Assembly: GCA_964508365.1 (NCBI GenBank)
Contig: CAZDTP010000005.1
Span: forward strand, 43,084-107,083
Source: an uncultured archaeon
GTDB taxonomy: Archaea; Asgardarchaeota; Lokiarchaeia; Sigyniarchaeales; SOKP01
Length of the DNA: 64,000 nucleotides
Direction of reading: 5' to 3'
The position numbers were made by a program, and so were the translations under genes. This document shows positions 1-10,815 of this stretch, in pieces. The notes under the pieces were generated by a model. The model was not told the DNA's origin. It ran no database searches and saw only the letters and a list, made by a program, of their open reading frames with translations. Within the stretch, counting starts at the first letter, position 1. Each line of letters begins with the position of its first letter.

Positions 1-498
1 TTAATCACAATTTTAGCGTTAAAAGTAGCAGGTGCCGGTAATATTTATGCTTTAGAACCAGTAGAATCAAAACACAGAATAGCGTTAGAGATGGGGGCCA
101 ATAAAGCATTCACCCCACAAAACTGGAAAAAGATTAAAAAATTATGTGATAAAATAGGACCAGCTCACATATTTGATTGCGTAGGAATAAATGAAACAAT
201 TACATCAGCAATAGATCTTGTAAGAAGAGGAGGGTATATCACAATGATTGGTATGGATCCTGAAATCACAGACCTAAAAAATTTCTATGGTATTGCAATT
301 AAAAATATCACTTTGAGAGGTATTTTTGCCTATAACCAAGATACATTTAAAACTGCTATAAATTTATTAGATCAGAAAAGGGTGAATATAAAACCACTAA
401 TATCTAAAATAATAAAACTAGATGAAGTTCCTGCCGCAATTGAAGATTTATCAAAAGGATTACATGATGATATAAAGATCATGGTTGAGATAGAATAA
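1..498 (+). CDS. Zn-dependent medium-chain alcohol/sugar dehydrogenase (MDR family), 5'-truncated by window edge
   Basis: Frame is open from base 1 (LITILALKVAGAGNIYALEPVESKHRIALEMGA...). MDR C-terminal motifs FDCVG, GGYITMIG, ITLRGIF and a KIMVE end. Confidence 0.85.
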   Translation, partial: LITILALKVAGAGNIYALEPVESKHRIALEMGANKAFTPQNWKKIKKLCDKIGPAHIFDCVGINETITSAIDLVRRGGYITMIGMDPEITDLKNFYGIAIKNITLRGIFAYNQDTFKTAINLLDQKRVNIKPLISKIIKLDEVPAAIEDLSKGLHDDIKIMVEIE

Positions 499-675
499 TT
501 CTTTAATTTTTCACTATTTTTTTTACTTTTTTTAACATTATAGCATTCTTGGATTATGATCAATTTACTATTTTTACAGATTTAATTTGTTGATTTTGGT
601 AAATATTTATAAATTCATGTAACAATAAATAAGATATTCATCAATTTTGTGAATAAAAATTAAGAGGTTAATCTA

Positions 676-2409
676 ATGGGAGTTAAAATGAGTCCATATG
701 ATGCGAAAATATGGACGAAATCTTATGATAAACATGTTAAACCGAATTTAGAATATCCCAAAGAAAGTCTTGGCGATTTATTTGATAAAGCTATGGCTAA
801 ATACCCAGAACGCATCGCTTGCTATTTTATGAAGCGAGAAATGCCTTTCAGTGAACTTAGAGAATTTACTCACAGATTTGCGACATTTTTACAGAAAAAT
901 GGTTTAAAAAAAGGAGATCGCGTAGCTATAAATTTAGCTAACTGCCCTCAGTATTTAGCTGCACACTTTGGAACAATTTTAGCGGGTGGAGTAGCATCCG
1001 GGTGTTCACCGCTTCTAAGTCCGACTGAAATTGCTTACCAAATAAACGATAGTGGAGCTAAATTTTTTGTTACCTTGGATGCTGTATATGAGAAAGTATT
1101 AATGAAAGTAATAGAGAAGCTGCCAAATCTTAAATGCGTGATTACAACTAATATTTCTGATTACATGGGGCTTTCTAAACCTATAGTATTTCTTGGTAAG
1201 CTACTAGGTAAAATACCAAAAGGAAAAGTTGAACCGTATTCCGGAAAATTAATTATTGATTTCAAGGATGTGATGGAAACATCCATTGACTTACAGGCCG
1301 TAATTATTGATGTGAAGAACGATCTTGCCCTACTTCAATATACTGGCGGAACCACTGGATTACCTAAAGGCACAGAACTTACTCATCTTAACTTAATTAC
1401 TAACATAGTTCAAGTAGCTACATGGCTTAATAGAAGTGAAGCAAAGGAAGGAGAAAATAACTTATCTGCTTTTCCGCTCTTTCATTTAGCTGGTTTAGCT
1501 ATGAGCATGATAACTTTATATACTTCAGCTGGACAAATCTTAATTGCAGATCCCCGAGATACCAACCATATTATAGAGGAAATGATAGAAAAAAACCCAA
1601 AAATAATAGTGAATGTACCAACATTATTTTTATCAATTAAAAACAATCCAAAAATAAAGGATGTACCCAAGGCTACCCTAAATAATATAGATATCTATGT
1701 TTCTGGGGCTGCGCCTTTTCCAGCAGAAGCAATTAAAGATTTCGAAGAATCTATGCTTGGTACTAATAAACTATTAGAAGTTTACGGGATGACTGAAACA
1801 AGTCCAATTCTTACCATGAATCCTTATAGCGGTAAAAAGAAAGTCGGTACTGTCGGCTTACCCGTACCCGACACTGAATTAAGGCTTGTAGATATTGAAA
1901 CCGGAGAACAAGTAGAACTCGGGAAACCTGGAGAAATAATTTGTAAAGGACCTCAAGTTACAAGAGGATATCTCAACAAACCAGACGCAAACGCAAAGAC
2001 TATTATTGATGGATGGTTTCATACTGGTGATGTAGGTGTAATGGATGAGGATGGATTCATAACGATTGTGGATCGTACTAAAGATATGTTAATCGTAAGT
2101 GGGTATAAGGTGTACAGCGTTCATGTTGAAGATATCTTAACAAAACATCCCAATATTGAAATGGTAGCGATTATTGGCTTAAAAGATCCCGATCGGCCTG
2201 GAAGTGAAATCGTAAAAGCGATAGTTCAGCTTAAAGAAGGAATCGAACCATCCGATAAGATTAAAGTAGAATTAAAAAATTACGCTGCTGAAAATCTCTC
2301 GAAATATGAAAATCCAAGAATATGGGAATTTAGAGAAACTTTGCCCTTAACTACTGTAGGAAAAGTCTTAAAACGGGCATTAAGAGAAGAATCAAAAGAA
2401 TTAAATTAA
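676..2409 (+). CDS. Long-chain fatty acid-CoA ligase (ANL superfamily)
   Basis: YTGGTTGLPKG P-loop, YGMTETSP, FHTGD and VGKVLKR A10 lysine. Confidence 0.93.
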   Translation: MGVKMSPYDAKIWTKSYDKHVKPNLEYPKESLGDLFDKAMAKYPERIACYFMKREMPFSELREFTHRFATFLQKNGLKKGDRVAINLANCPQYLAAHFGTILAGGVASGCSPLLSPTEIAYQINDSGAKFFVTLDAVYEKVLMKVIEKLPNLKCVITTNISDYMGLSKPIVFLGKLLGKIPKGKVEPYSGKLIIDFKDVMETSIDLQAVIIDVKNDLALLQYTGGTTGLPKGTELTHLNLITNIVQVATWLNRSEAKEGENNLSAFPLFHLAGLAMSMITLYTSAGQILIADPRDTNHIIEEMIEKNPKIIVNVPTLFLSIKNNPKIKDVPKATLNNIDIYVSGAAPFPAEAIKDFEESMLGTNKLLEVYGMTETSPILTMNPYSGKKKVGTVGLPVPDTELRLVDIETGEQVELGKPGEIICKGPQVTRGYLNKPDANAKTIIDGWFHTGDVGVMDEDGFITIVDRTKDMLIVSGYKVYSVHVEDILTKHPNIEMVAIIGLKDPDRPGSEIVKAIVQLKEGIEPSDKIKVELKNYAAENLSKYENPRIWEFRETLPLTTVGKVLKRALREESKELN

Positions 2410-2437
2410 TTTTTTTTATAAATATATTATTTTTTTT
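2408..2437 (+). terminator. Oligo-T archaeal terminator-like tract
   Basis: Two T runs immediately after the ligase stop codon. Confidence 0.5.
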
Positions 2438-2600
2438 TAATTTATCTTATTCTCTCAAGTTAGTAGTTAAAATTTCAGACTTCCTATTTTTAAGATGCAT
2501 CATTGACCATCAATTACTGCCTCTATTTTGGAGATTGTATATATTATAGATTTAAAGATATATGATTAGAATAAAATAAGAAAAAAAAAATGATTTTGTA

Positions 2601-3089
2601 TTAAATAGGATATGATTGCACAGTAAGCAAACACTCTCTGATAATATTTCCAGTAGTCTCGGACCAAAAGGCGATAGATATATTGTGGCGTCCCGCAGGG
2701 AATGACGCATTAAAATATTGTAAGGTAACTGAATGATAATCATAGATCGATGTTCCTTTGTATGGTCCTACACGAGTATAAGGATTCAACAATCTCGTAC
2801 CATCTATCATAATATAAAAAATGATGTCTGCAAAAGTGATGGGATCTGGAAGAATTTTAGTACTCGCTGAAAACGTGACATAGAGTTGGACTGGAGACCT
2901 TAAATCTACGATGACGTAAAGATCTGGAATTGTTTCGTACGATAAATCAGGGGCTGTGAAATAATCTGGCTCATAATCATTCCAAATGTTTACTTGTGAC
3001 TGATTTATCCCGGTTATTACCCCAAAACCTAATCCTATAGAACCTATCAAGATACCAATTATCCCTAATATAATACCAGCTTTTCCCAT
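2601..3089 (-). CDS. Membrane-anchored hypothetical protein with a predicted beta-sandwich domain; paralog of 25010-25591
   Basis: N-terminal hydrophobic helix (GIILGIIGILIGSIGLGFG) followed by a beta-rich domain with LYVTFSA and FPAGRHNISIAFWS. Confidence 0.75.
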   Translation of the reverse strand: MGKAGIILGIIGILIGSIGLGFGVITGINQSQVNIWNDYEPDYFTAPDLSYETIPDLYVIVDLRSPVQLYVTFSASTKILPDPITFADIIFYIMIDGTRLLNPYTRVGPYKGTSIYDYHSVTLQYFNASFPAGRHNISIAFWSETTGNIIRECLLTVQSYPI

Positions 3090-3710
3090 GAGGAATTACC
3101 TTCTTATTCTTTGTTTTACATTAAATGTTATTTTTAATAGATTATAAGAACTAATTACTTGATCAGAATAATAAATATTTGTATTAAAATGATTTTTTCA
3201 CATAATCAAAATTCAGATTAAGAATGAATATGATAACCAATTCGAAGGAAATTTACCATATTAAAATTATTCATTTAGGAACAAAATTCTTTTTATCCTC
3301 ATTAATAAATCCATGCTGTTCAAGTATAGAAAAGTTATATACCATAAAAGAAACAATCAAAATAATTAACCGGATTTAATAAATCTTAATTCTCATTTTT
3401 TTTAAAGCTTTTATCTTTTTGTTTGAATATCTTAAAATATATAAAATATTATGGAATACTTTTAAAGACTTTCTGTAAATTATAGAGAAGTCTATATGGG
3501 AACCTATTAAATTAAATTAATTTTTTTTACTCATTATTATAAACTTATTTTAAGGAATTAATCAAATACATATCATAATTATTAAATTATTTCTAAATCA
3601 AAGAGTTGATAAAAGTGAATAATAAAAAAGGACAAGTTCAATGTATTAACGATGAAATTCTCGAAAAACTCTCGTTAAAGACCCGAAATAAGTTTTTAAA
3701 TTACAATTTG

Positions 3711-4895
3711 ATGAGTTTTTTAAAACCGAAACACTTCGATTTCCTTAAACAAGCCCAAAAGTTTTTCGTGAAATTTGAAAAAGACAATAATATAACCCAT
3801 AACGAAGATTTCTATGAATGGATACCAGAAATTGGCAGAAACGGATATATTACTCATATGTACAAATTTGATTCTCTTGGGTTAAACTTCGAACCTTATG
3901 GGATGACTGCTGAATTTATGAGGGTTTTAGCAATGGATTTTTTTGATCCTCAGCTATCAATGGGTGCCGGAGCTACAGTTTTAGCAGTGAATCCCTTATT
4001 ACTCCATCACGAAGATGTTGATGTTCGATTGAAAGCTTTAAAAGAATTAGTAACAGGTGAAAAAATAGGTTGTATATGTATCACAGAACCAGATAGAGGA
4101 TCTGATGCAGTGCATATGCTAACTACATGTGATGAACAAAATGATGGAAATTTTATTCTCAACGGAGAAAAAATATATCAAACTAACGGTAGTAAAGCAG
4201 ATTGGGCGGTTGTATATGCAGTTACCGAAAAAGATAACGGCAATACTATGGCTCAGTTTTTAGTTGATACATCATGGGAGGGGTGGAATGCTGAACGGGT
4301 TAATATTCCTTGGACTCCGAGGATTCATATAGGAAAGGAAACCATATCAAATTTGAGGGTCCCTTCAGAATATGTCTTAGGAAAACCGGGCGAAGGGAGG
4401 TCACATTTATTCGAAGGGCTCAATCTAGAACGATTAGGAATCGTATGTTTAAATCTAGCGGAAGCTTGGAATGCGATTACACACGCTGTAATATATTCTA
4501 ACATGAGAAAGCAGTTCGATAAGGAAGTCTTGAAGTATCAAGGAGTAGGATTTCCGCTTTCTGATTTATGGGCTCAAACTATGAGCTTGACATTAGCAAA
4601 TTTAAATATTTGTCAAATAATTGATGATAAAATGGAAAAATCAGGCACGTTACCCAAGGAATTTAATTTAGCGCTGGTCGTTACTGCATCACAACTTAAA
4701 CTTGTTAGCACAAAACTATGCGAACGTGTTGTGTATGAATGTGCTAATCTTATGGGCGGAGCTGGAGTTTGTGATAATACAATAATGCATGATCTACTAG
4801 GAATTACTAGAATTCAGGAGATAGGCGGTGGAACAAGGCAAATACAACAATATATTCTAAGTTTATCTCTAAGACAGTTATTTAAAATGCTTTAA
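3711..4895 (+). CDS. Acyl-CoA dehydrogenase
   Basis: CITEPDRGSDA, LNGEKIYQTNG, GGAG and EIGGGT motifs. Start placed at ATG 3711 (MSFLKPKH); the ORF track extends to TTG 3606. Confidence 0.92.
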   Translation: MSFLKPKHFDFLKQAQKFFVKFEKDNNITHNEDFYEWIPEIGRNGYITHMYKFDSLGLNFEPYGMTAEFMRVLAMDFFDPQLSMGAGATVLAVNPLLLHHEDVDVRLKALKELVTGEKIGCICITEPDRGSDAVHMLTTCDEQNDGNFILNGEKIYQTNGSKADWAVVYAVTEKDNGNTMAQFLVDTSWEGWNAERVNIPWTPRIHIGKETISNLRVPSEYVLGKPGEGRSHLFEGLNLERLGIVCLNLAEAWNAITHAVIYSNMRKQFDKEVLKYQGVGFPLSDLWAQTMSLTLANLNICQIIDDKMEKSGTLPKEFNLALVVTASQLKLVSTKLCERVVYECANLMGGAGVCDNTIMHDLLGITRIQEIGGGTRQIQQYILSLSLRQLFKML

Positions 4896-4922
4896 TGCTT
4901 AAACTTTTTAAATTAAGTATAG

Positions 4923-4940
4923 ATTTTTTTTCTTTTTTTT
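4923..4940 (+). terminator. Oligo-T terminator-like tract
   Basis: T7-c-T9-like run about 30 nt after the acyl-CoA dehydrogenase stop. Confidence 0.45.
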
Positions 4941-5011
4941 AGTTGAAAACAATTATAAGGGAGTAAATCCAACTCTATATATATTCAAATTAAGGTTATT
5001 GAGAATTAATA

Positions 5012-5833
5012 ATGAAAATTGAAGATATTCAAGATATCATTTATAGGAAGGAAGATAATGGAATCTGTACAATAACAATTAATCAACCTAAAAGGAAAAA
5101 TGCTATGTCGTTCCTAACCTTTTTGGAAATTGAGACTGTGTTAACTGATATGGAAGCAGATAAAAATGCAAAAATATTAATTATTACTGGTTGCGAGGAA
5201 GCGAATGCTTTCTCGTCAGGTGGTTATTTTAACATGAATATTTACCCTCAACTCCCTCCTGAAATATTGAAAGAGATTGATTTAACTGATATTGCTGTAA
5301 AAAGGTTATGCATGAAATTCTGGTCCTTTTCTAAACCAGTTATAGCTGCTATAAATGGATTAGCGGTAGGTGCGGGATTTACCATGCCTTTAGCCGCAGC
5401 TGATTTAATTTACATGGCTGACGACGCATGGATAGGATTTTACTTTGTAAAACGTGCGGTTATGGCGGAGTTTAGCTCTCATTTTTTACTTCCTTTTTAC
5501 ATAGGTTTTCAGAAAGCGAAAGAACTGCTCTACTTTGGAAAGAAGATTACTGCTCAAGAGGCTTATGAACTTGGTTTTGTGAACCAAGTTTTACCGCGTG
5601 AAAAATTAATGCCTTTTGTTAGAGAACAAGCTTTAAAATTAATACCTCCTAAAGGACCATCTTTATCAATAAAATTAATGAAAAAAACATTACATGATTA
5701 TTTTAAGGAAATTTTATCAAAAACTCTAGACCTTGAAAACGAAGGCCTGAGAGAACTTTTAACTACACGAGATTTCAGAGAATCATTAAAATCCTTAAGT
5801 ACTAAAAAAGCTCCAACATTTAAAGGAAAATGA
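5012..5833 (+). CDS. Enoyl-CoA hydratase/isomerase (crotonase) family protein
   Basis: ITINQPKRKNAM, FSSGG and KPVIAAINGLAVGAG motifs. Confidence 0.92.
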   Translation: MKIEDIQDIIYRKEDNGICTITINQPKRKNAMSFLTFLEIETVLTDMEADKNAKILIITGCEEANAFSSGGYFNMNIYPQLPPEILKEIDLTDIAVKRLCMKFWSFSKPVIAAINGLAVGAGFTMPLAAADLIYMADDAWIGFYFVKRAVMAEFSSHFLLPFYIGFQKAKELLYFGKKITAQEAYELGFVNQVLPREKLMPFVREQALKLIPPKGPSLSIKLMKKTLHDYFKEILSKTLDLENEGLRELLTTRDFRESLKSLSTKKAPTFKGK

Positions 5834-5876
5834 ACTAAATTAGTATCACTACAATGTAAGGTTAATTCTAATTATA

Positions 5877-7397
5877 ATGATAGAACAAAAAATTGGATTT
5901 GATAATGAAAAATATCTAAAGGAACAATCTGAGAGCATCCTAGATCGAGCAGCTCAATTTGGGAATAAATTATACCTTGAATTTGGCGGAAAGCTTGTAT
6001 ACGATTATCACGCTTCACGAGTTCTCCCTGGATTCGATCCAAATGTGAAAATGAAGCTTCTAAAGGTGCTTAAGGATAAAATAGAGGTTATTATTTGTAT
6101 ATACTCCGGAGATATAGAAAGAAGGAAGATCCGAGCAGATTTTGGTATAACTTATGACCTAAATGCAATGAAATTAATCGATGATCTTCGAGATGGAGAA
6201 ATTAAAGTAAGCGGGGTGGTTGTTACACGTTACAATGGACAACAAGTAGTAAAACAATTTTTGAATAAACTAGAGCGCCGTAATATTAAGGTTTATACGC
6301 ATAAGTTAATTAGAGGTTATCCAACTAATATTGATTTAATTATAAGTGAAGAGGGGTATGGTACTAATCCCTACATAGAAACTTCCAAACCAATAATAAT
6401 AGTTACTGCACCCGGTCCTGGTAGTGGAAAATTAGCAACATGTCTTTCACAAATATATCACGAACACACAAGGGGGATAGATGCGGGTTATGCTAAATTT
6501 GAGGTGTTTCCAATTTGGAATTTACCATTAAAACACCCCGTAAATATGGCGTATGAATCTGCAACTGCTGACCTTGGTGATTTTAATCAAGTAGATCCTT
6601 TTCATCTTGAAGCTTATAATATAATGGCAGTTAACTATAACAGAGATGTAGAGATTTTTCCAGTAGTTAAGAAAATAATGCAAAGAATTATGGATAGCAG
6701 ATTAGTCTATAAATCACCTACAGATATGGGCGTAAATAAAGCAGGTTTTGCGATAATTGATGATAATCTGGTGCAACAAGCCGCAAGACAGGAACTCATC
6801 AGAAGATATCTACGATATAGTTGTGAATATGCGATTGGCGTTTCAGATAAGATGACTGTTCAAAGAGCGGAATTGTTGATGAAAGAACTAAATCTCACTG
6901 TACTTGATCGAAAAGTTGTAAATGAGGCTCGACAGGCTTCTATAGCTGCTAAAAAAAAAGGGAAAGGGAACGAAGGGGTATTTGCTGGAGCTGCATTACA
7001 ATTGGCAAATGGAAAAATTATGACTGGTAGCAATTCTCCTTTGATGCATGCGGCTTCAAGTTTAATCCTAAATACCTTAAAAGAATTGGCGGGTATTCCT
7101 AAAAATATACATCTTCTATCTCCCAATATTTTGGAATCCATTAGTTATTTAAAATCGGAAATTTTCAATAACAAACGATTAAGTCTCAATCTTGAAGAAA
7201 CTCTAATAGCTTTAAGCATCAGTGCTGATTTCAACCATTCTGCTAAGGTAGCCATAGATAAACTTAAAGAATTAAGTGGATGTGAAATGCACTCGACTCA
7301 TATACCCACTCCTGGAGATGAAGCTGGTTTGAGACGATTAGGTCTAAATATAACATCTGATCCAAACTTTTCATCGAATAGCCTATTTATAACCTAA
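5877..7397 (+). CDS. DUF1846 (UPF0371) family P-loop protein
   Basis: GFDNEKY, KLYLEFGGKL, TAPGPGSGKLATCLSQ, YAKFEVFP and SPTDMGVN motifs typical of DUF1846. Confidence 0.88.
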   Translation: MIEQKIGFDNEKYLKEQSESILDRAAQFGNKLYLEFGGKLVYDYHASRVLPGFDPNVKMKLLKVLKDKIEVIICIYSGDIERRKIRADFGITYDLNAMKLIDDLRDGEIKVSGVVVTRYNGQQVVKQFLNKLERRNIKVYTHKLIRGYPTNIDLIISEEGYGTNPYIETSKPIIIVTAPGPGSGKLATCLSQIYHEHTRGIDAGYAKFEVFPIWNLPLKHPVNMAYESATADLGDFNQVDPFHLEAYNIMAVNYNRDVEIFPVVKKIMQRIMDSRLVYKSPTDMGVNKAGFAIIDDNLVQQAARQELIRRYLRYSCEYAIGVSDKMTVQRAELLMKELNLTVLDRKVVNEARQASIAAKKKGKGNEGVFAGAALQLANGKIMTGSNSPLMHAASSLILNTLKELAGIPKNIHLLSPNILESISYLKSEIFNNKRLSLNLEETLIALSISADFNHSAKVAIDKLKELSGCEMHSTHIPTPGDEAGLRRLGLNITSDPNFSSNSLFIT

Positions 7398-7522
7398 TTC
7401 TTTTACATCAATATCTAGTTTTGAGATAATCTCGAAATTCTTATTAAATGTGTTTGATATTTAATATTTTTATAATAAAATTATTATTATTTTTGATCCC
7501 ATCAGAGAAGTGTAATATAAAA

Positions 7523-9214
7523 TTGACAGCTGCGATTAACAGTAATACTCGATTTATATTCGTTACGGGAGGTGTAATGTCAGCCGTAGGAAAAGGTGTA
7601 GCTACAGCAAGTTTAGGAAAAGTACTCCAATTCCGGGGATTCAACATCTCTGTAGTTAAAATTGATCCTTACCTAAATGTTGATCCAGGAACACTTAATC
7701 CAATAGAACATGGCGAATGTTTTATAACCGAAGATGTATGGGACTTTACACCTGTCCATGGATCAGACGAAAGGTCCTATAGAATCTCTGAAATAGACCA
7801 AGATTTTGGAACATATTCAAGATTCCTTGGTATTGAGATGCATCCTTCCCATAATATCACTTCTGGTCAAATTTATCTCTCAACAATTTTAAGTGAGAGA
7901 AAAGGTAAATTTTTAGGTAAGACTGTTCAATTAATTCCTCATGTAACTAACATAATAAAAGAAAGATTAATGGAGATATCCAATAATGAAAATTTAGATG
8001 TGCTTTTAATCGAATGTGGAGGAACTGTAGGCGATTTAGAATCCAGCATTTTTCTAGAAGCTTTTCGTCAAATTAAATTAGAATATCCTAATCGTACAGC
8101 CTTAGTTCATGTTACACTTGTTCCATATTCTCGCGCAGTTGGTCAACAAAAGTCTAAACCAACTCAACATTCTGTTAAAATGCTTCAAAGTATGGGATTA
8201 CAGCCAGATATAATAATAGGTAGGAGTGAAAAACCTCTCACAGATGATATAAGATCAAAAATATCCCTTTATTCGAATGTTCCAGAAGCCGCAGTAATTT
8301 CGAATCCTGATTTAAATATCGTATATGAGCTACCTATATTATTTGAAGAACAGGGATTAGGAGACTTTCTCTGCGAGCTAATAGATTTAAAAGCTAAGTT
8401 GGTGTCTTATAGCGAAGTTAATAATTATTCGGAATGGCTTAAAATGGTTGAGATGTATAAGAATGCCAATAAAAAAATAAAAATAGCCATGCCTGGAAAA
8501 TATTTCAATATCTCCGATTCATATATCTCGATAAATGACGCCTTAGAGCACGCTGCAGCTCATCAAGGCTATAAGATAGAATTGAAAATGATAAATATAA
8601 CGGAAGAAACAAACATAGAAGAGGAGTTAAGGGATTGCGATGGAATACTATTAACCCCTGGATTTGGAGAGAGAGCTGTTGAAGGAATGATTCAGTCGGC
8701 AGAATATGCTATGGCTGAAAAGGTGCCATTTTTAGGCATCTGTTTTGGTGCTCAACTATTTTATGTAGCCTTTTGTCGAAAATATTTGGGGTTAAAAGGT
8801 GCAAACTCGACTGAAATCAACCCAGACACACCCTACCCTGTTATCGATCTTCTTGAAAGTCAGAAAGTTGTTACTGAAAAAGGAGGTACAATGAGATTAG
8901 GCGCTCATAAAATTGTACTTAACGAGGGTACGAAATTATTTGAAACATATAAACAAAATGAGATAAAAGAACGATTTAGGCATAGATATCACATACAAGA
9001 AAGATATTTAACTGAAGAAGCAAAACAAAAAGGCTTAATTGTATCGAGTAGAGATGAAACTGGAAAAATTATTAATAGTATTGAGTTAAATAGGGAAGAT
9101 CATTGGATGGTTGGAGTACAATTTCATCCCGAGTTTAAATCACGACCATATGCTGCGAGTCCTTGTTATACGGCATTCATCAAAGCTTGTATATCCTATA
9201 AGAATTGTAAATAA
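7523..9214 (+). CDS. pyrG: CTP synthase
   Basis: FVTGGVMSAVGKG, KIDPYLNVDPGT, KSKPTQHSV, GICFG nucleophile and QFHPEF. Probable start is TTG 7523; the ORF track starts at 7448. Confidence 0.95.
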   Translation: MTAAINSNTRFIFVTGGVMSAVGKGVATASLGKVLQFRGFNISVVKIDPYLNVDPGTLNPIEHGECFITEDVWDFTPVHGSDERSYRISEIDQDFGTYSRFLGIEMHPSHNITSGQIYLSTILSERKGKFLGKTVQLIPHVTNIIKERLMEISNNENLDVLLIECGGTVGDLESSIFLEAFRQIKLEYPNRTALVHVTLVPYSRAVGQQKSKPTQHSVKMLQSMGLQPDIIIGRSEKPLTDDIRSKISLYSNVPEAAVISNPDLNIVYELPILFEEQGLGDFLCELIDLKAKLVSYSEVNNYSEWLKMVEMYKNANKKIKIAMPGKYFNISDSYISINDALEHAAAHQGYKIELKMINITEETNIEEELRDCDGILLTPGFGERAVEGMIQSAEYAMAEKVPFLGICFGAQLFYVAFCRKYLGLKGANSTEINPDTPYPVIDLLESQKVVTEKGGTMRLGAHKIVLNEGTKLFETYKQNEIKERFRHRYHIQERYLTEEAKQKGLIVSSRDETGKIINSIELNREDHWMVGVQFHPEFKSRPYAASPCYTAFIKACISYKNCK

Positions 9215-9288
9215 ACCAGATAGATAAGAGAATCAAATCATTTTTATAAATAATAATCGAATTAAATAAGAAAATTAAAAAAAGATTG

Positions 9289-10740
9289 TTATTCTGAGTT
9301 TATATCAAGGATTCTCTTAACTAAATTTTTCTTTTCCTCTAGATTTGCTTGGCGAGAAATCATGATTCTCTGAGCTTGAGGAGAACCTGCTCCATGCATA
9401 GATTCTGTTCGATAACTCACAGAAGCAACTCCCATTGTGAGATTTTCAATGAACCGAAGTACTTTATATCGATCTTCAGTGCACATTCCTTCACATGTCG
9501 TTAAATACTTCTCGATTAAAGGACCTATCTCCTTCGACTTGAGATCAGCCTCAGAGGGCATTGTACATATCATTCCTCCTGCAATATCTTCAGCTAATCT
9601 CCCGATCTCGTAGGGAAAGCGCGTGACATTTAGTTTACATACATTTGCTAATAACATGTCCATTTCATAATTACCTGACTCTCGTTGGAAACCTAGTGAA
9701 CTACAAGCTATTCCACAACTATACAAAGTTTCATTTAAATGGGTCATCTCAACTATTTTATCTTTTATGTGTGATGCATTTTGGGTTCCATTATATTCTG
9801 AAATTAATGCAGTTGCTCCTATTAACACATCTCCTACTCCAACCTTACATCCCCCATAAGATTGTCGATGAAATCCCGCAAAACGGTTAACTAGTTCTCC
9901 AGAAAATTCAACTTCACCGTTCATAAAAATATTTTCTTTAGGTACAAACACATTATCAAATACTACGAAAATTTCTTGACCACCGTACTTAAAATTTCCA
10001 ATATCTAACTCACCAGGTTCCATTTTTCGTGTATCACAAGATTGCCTTCCATAAATCATTGTAATTCCTTTTGCATTTGTGTCTATTCCAAAGCTTACTG
10101 CATAATCCTCCTCTCCTTGTCTTAGAGAAAGCGTGGGCATGATAATAGCTCGATGCGAGTTTAAGAATCCAGTTTGATGAACTTTAGCTCCTCGAACAAT
10201 GATTCCATCCTCGTTAGAATCTATGACATGTAAGAATCCATCGGGATCTGGTTGATCTTTCGGTCTTTTACTCCTATCGCCTTTTGTATCTGTCATTGCT
10301 CCATCAACCATGAGGTCGTGATTTTGGACTTCAATCCAATAATTTTTAAATCTGGAATGGTAATTTGTACCATATTTTTTGTCAATTTCATGAGTCACGC
10401 TATATAATGCATTAGCAGTATCAAACCCTACACATCTTTGGAAGCAGCAGGCAGTTTGCTGTCCTAATAATCGTTGCATTTTGACTTTATTAACCAAATC
10501 TTCAATCGATTGATGTATGTGAGTAAATCGATTGATTAATTCTCCGGTTAAATGAGATTTTGTAGTCATTAAATCTTTATACTCGTCCATCTGAGCTAAT
10601 TCATAAATTTTCATAACGGTGTTTATCGAAGGTTTAATGATTGGATGATTCCAAAATTCTTCTACTTTTTCACCGAACATATACAGATTAACAGGTCGCT
10701 GGATGCTTTTTAAATACTCTTCGGGGGTTTTTAATGTCAT
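9289..10740 (-). CDS. abfD: 4-hydroxybutyryl-CoA dehydratase / vinylacetyl-CoA isomerase
   Basis: CFQRC and HRQSYGGCK 4Fe-4S ligand motifs, plus GAKVHQTG and ESMHGAGSP. Confidence 0.9.
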   Translation of the reverse strand: MTLKTPEEYLKSIQRPVNLYMFGEKVEEFWNHPIIKPSINTVMKIYELAQMDEYKDLMTTKSHLTGELINRFTHIHQSIEDLVNKVKMQRLLGQQTACCFQRCVGFDTANALYSVTHEIDKKYGTNYHSRFKNYWIEVQNHDLMVDGAMTDTKGDRSKRPKDQPDPDGFLHVIDSNEDGIIVRGAKVHQTGFLNSHRAIIMPTLSLRQGEEDYAVSFGIDTNAKGITMIYGRQSCDTRKMEPGELDIGNFKYGGQEIFVVFDNVFVPKENIFMNGEVEFSGELVNRFAGFHRQSYGGCKVGVGDVLIGATALISEYNGTQNASHIKDKIVEMTHLNETLYSCGIACSSLGFQRESGNYEMDMLLANVCKLNVTRFPYEIGRLAEDIAGGMICTMPSEADLKSKEIGPLIEKYLTTCEGMCTEDRYKVLRFIENLTMGVASVSYRTESMHGAGSPQAQRIMISRQANLEEKKNLVKRILDINSE

Positions 10741-10815
10741 TTTTATTAGTTTTCCTATCTTTTTGTTATAATTACATATATCTCAATTAGTTATTAAAAA
10801 TGATTCTAATATTTG

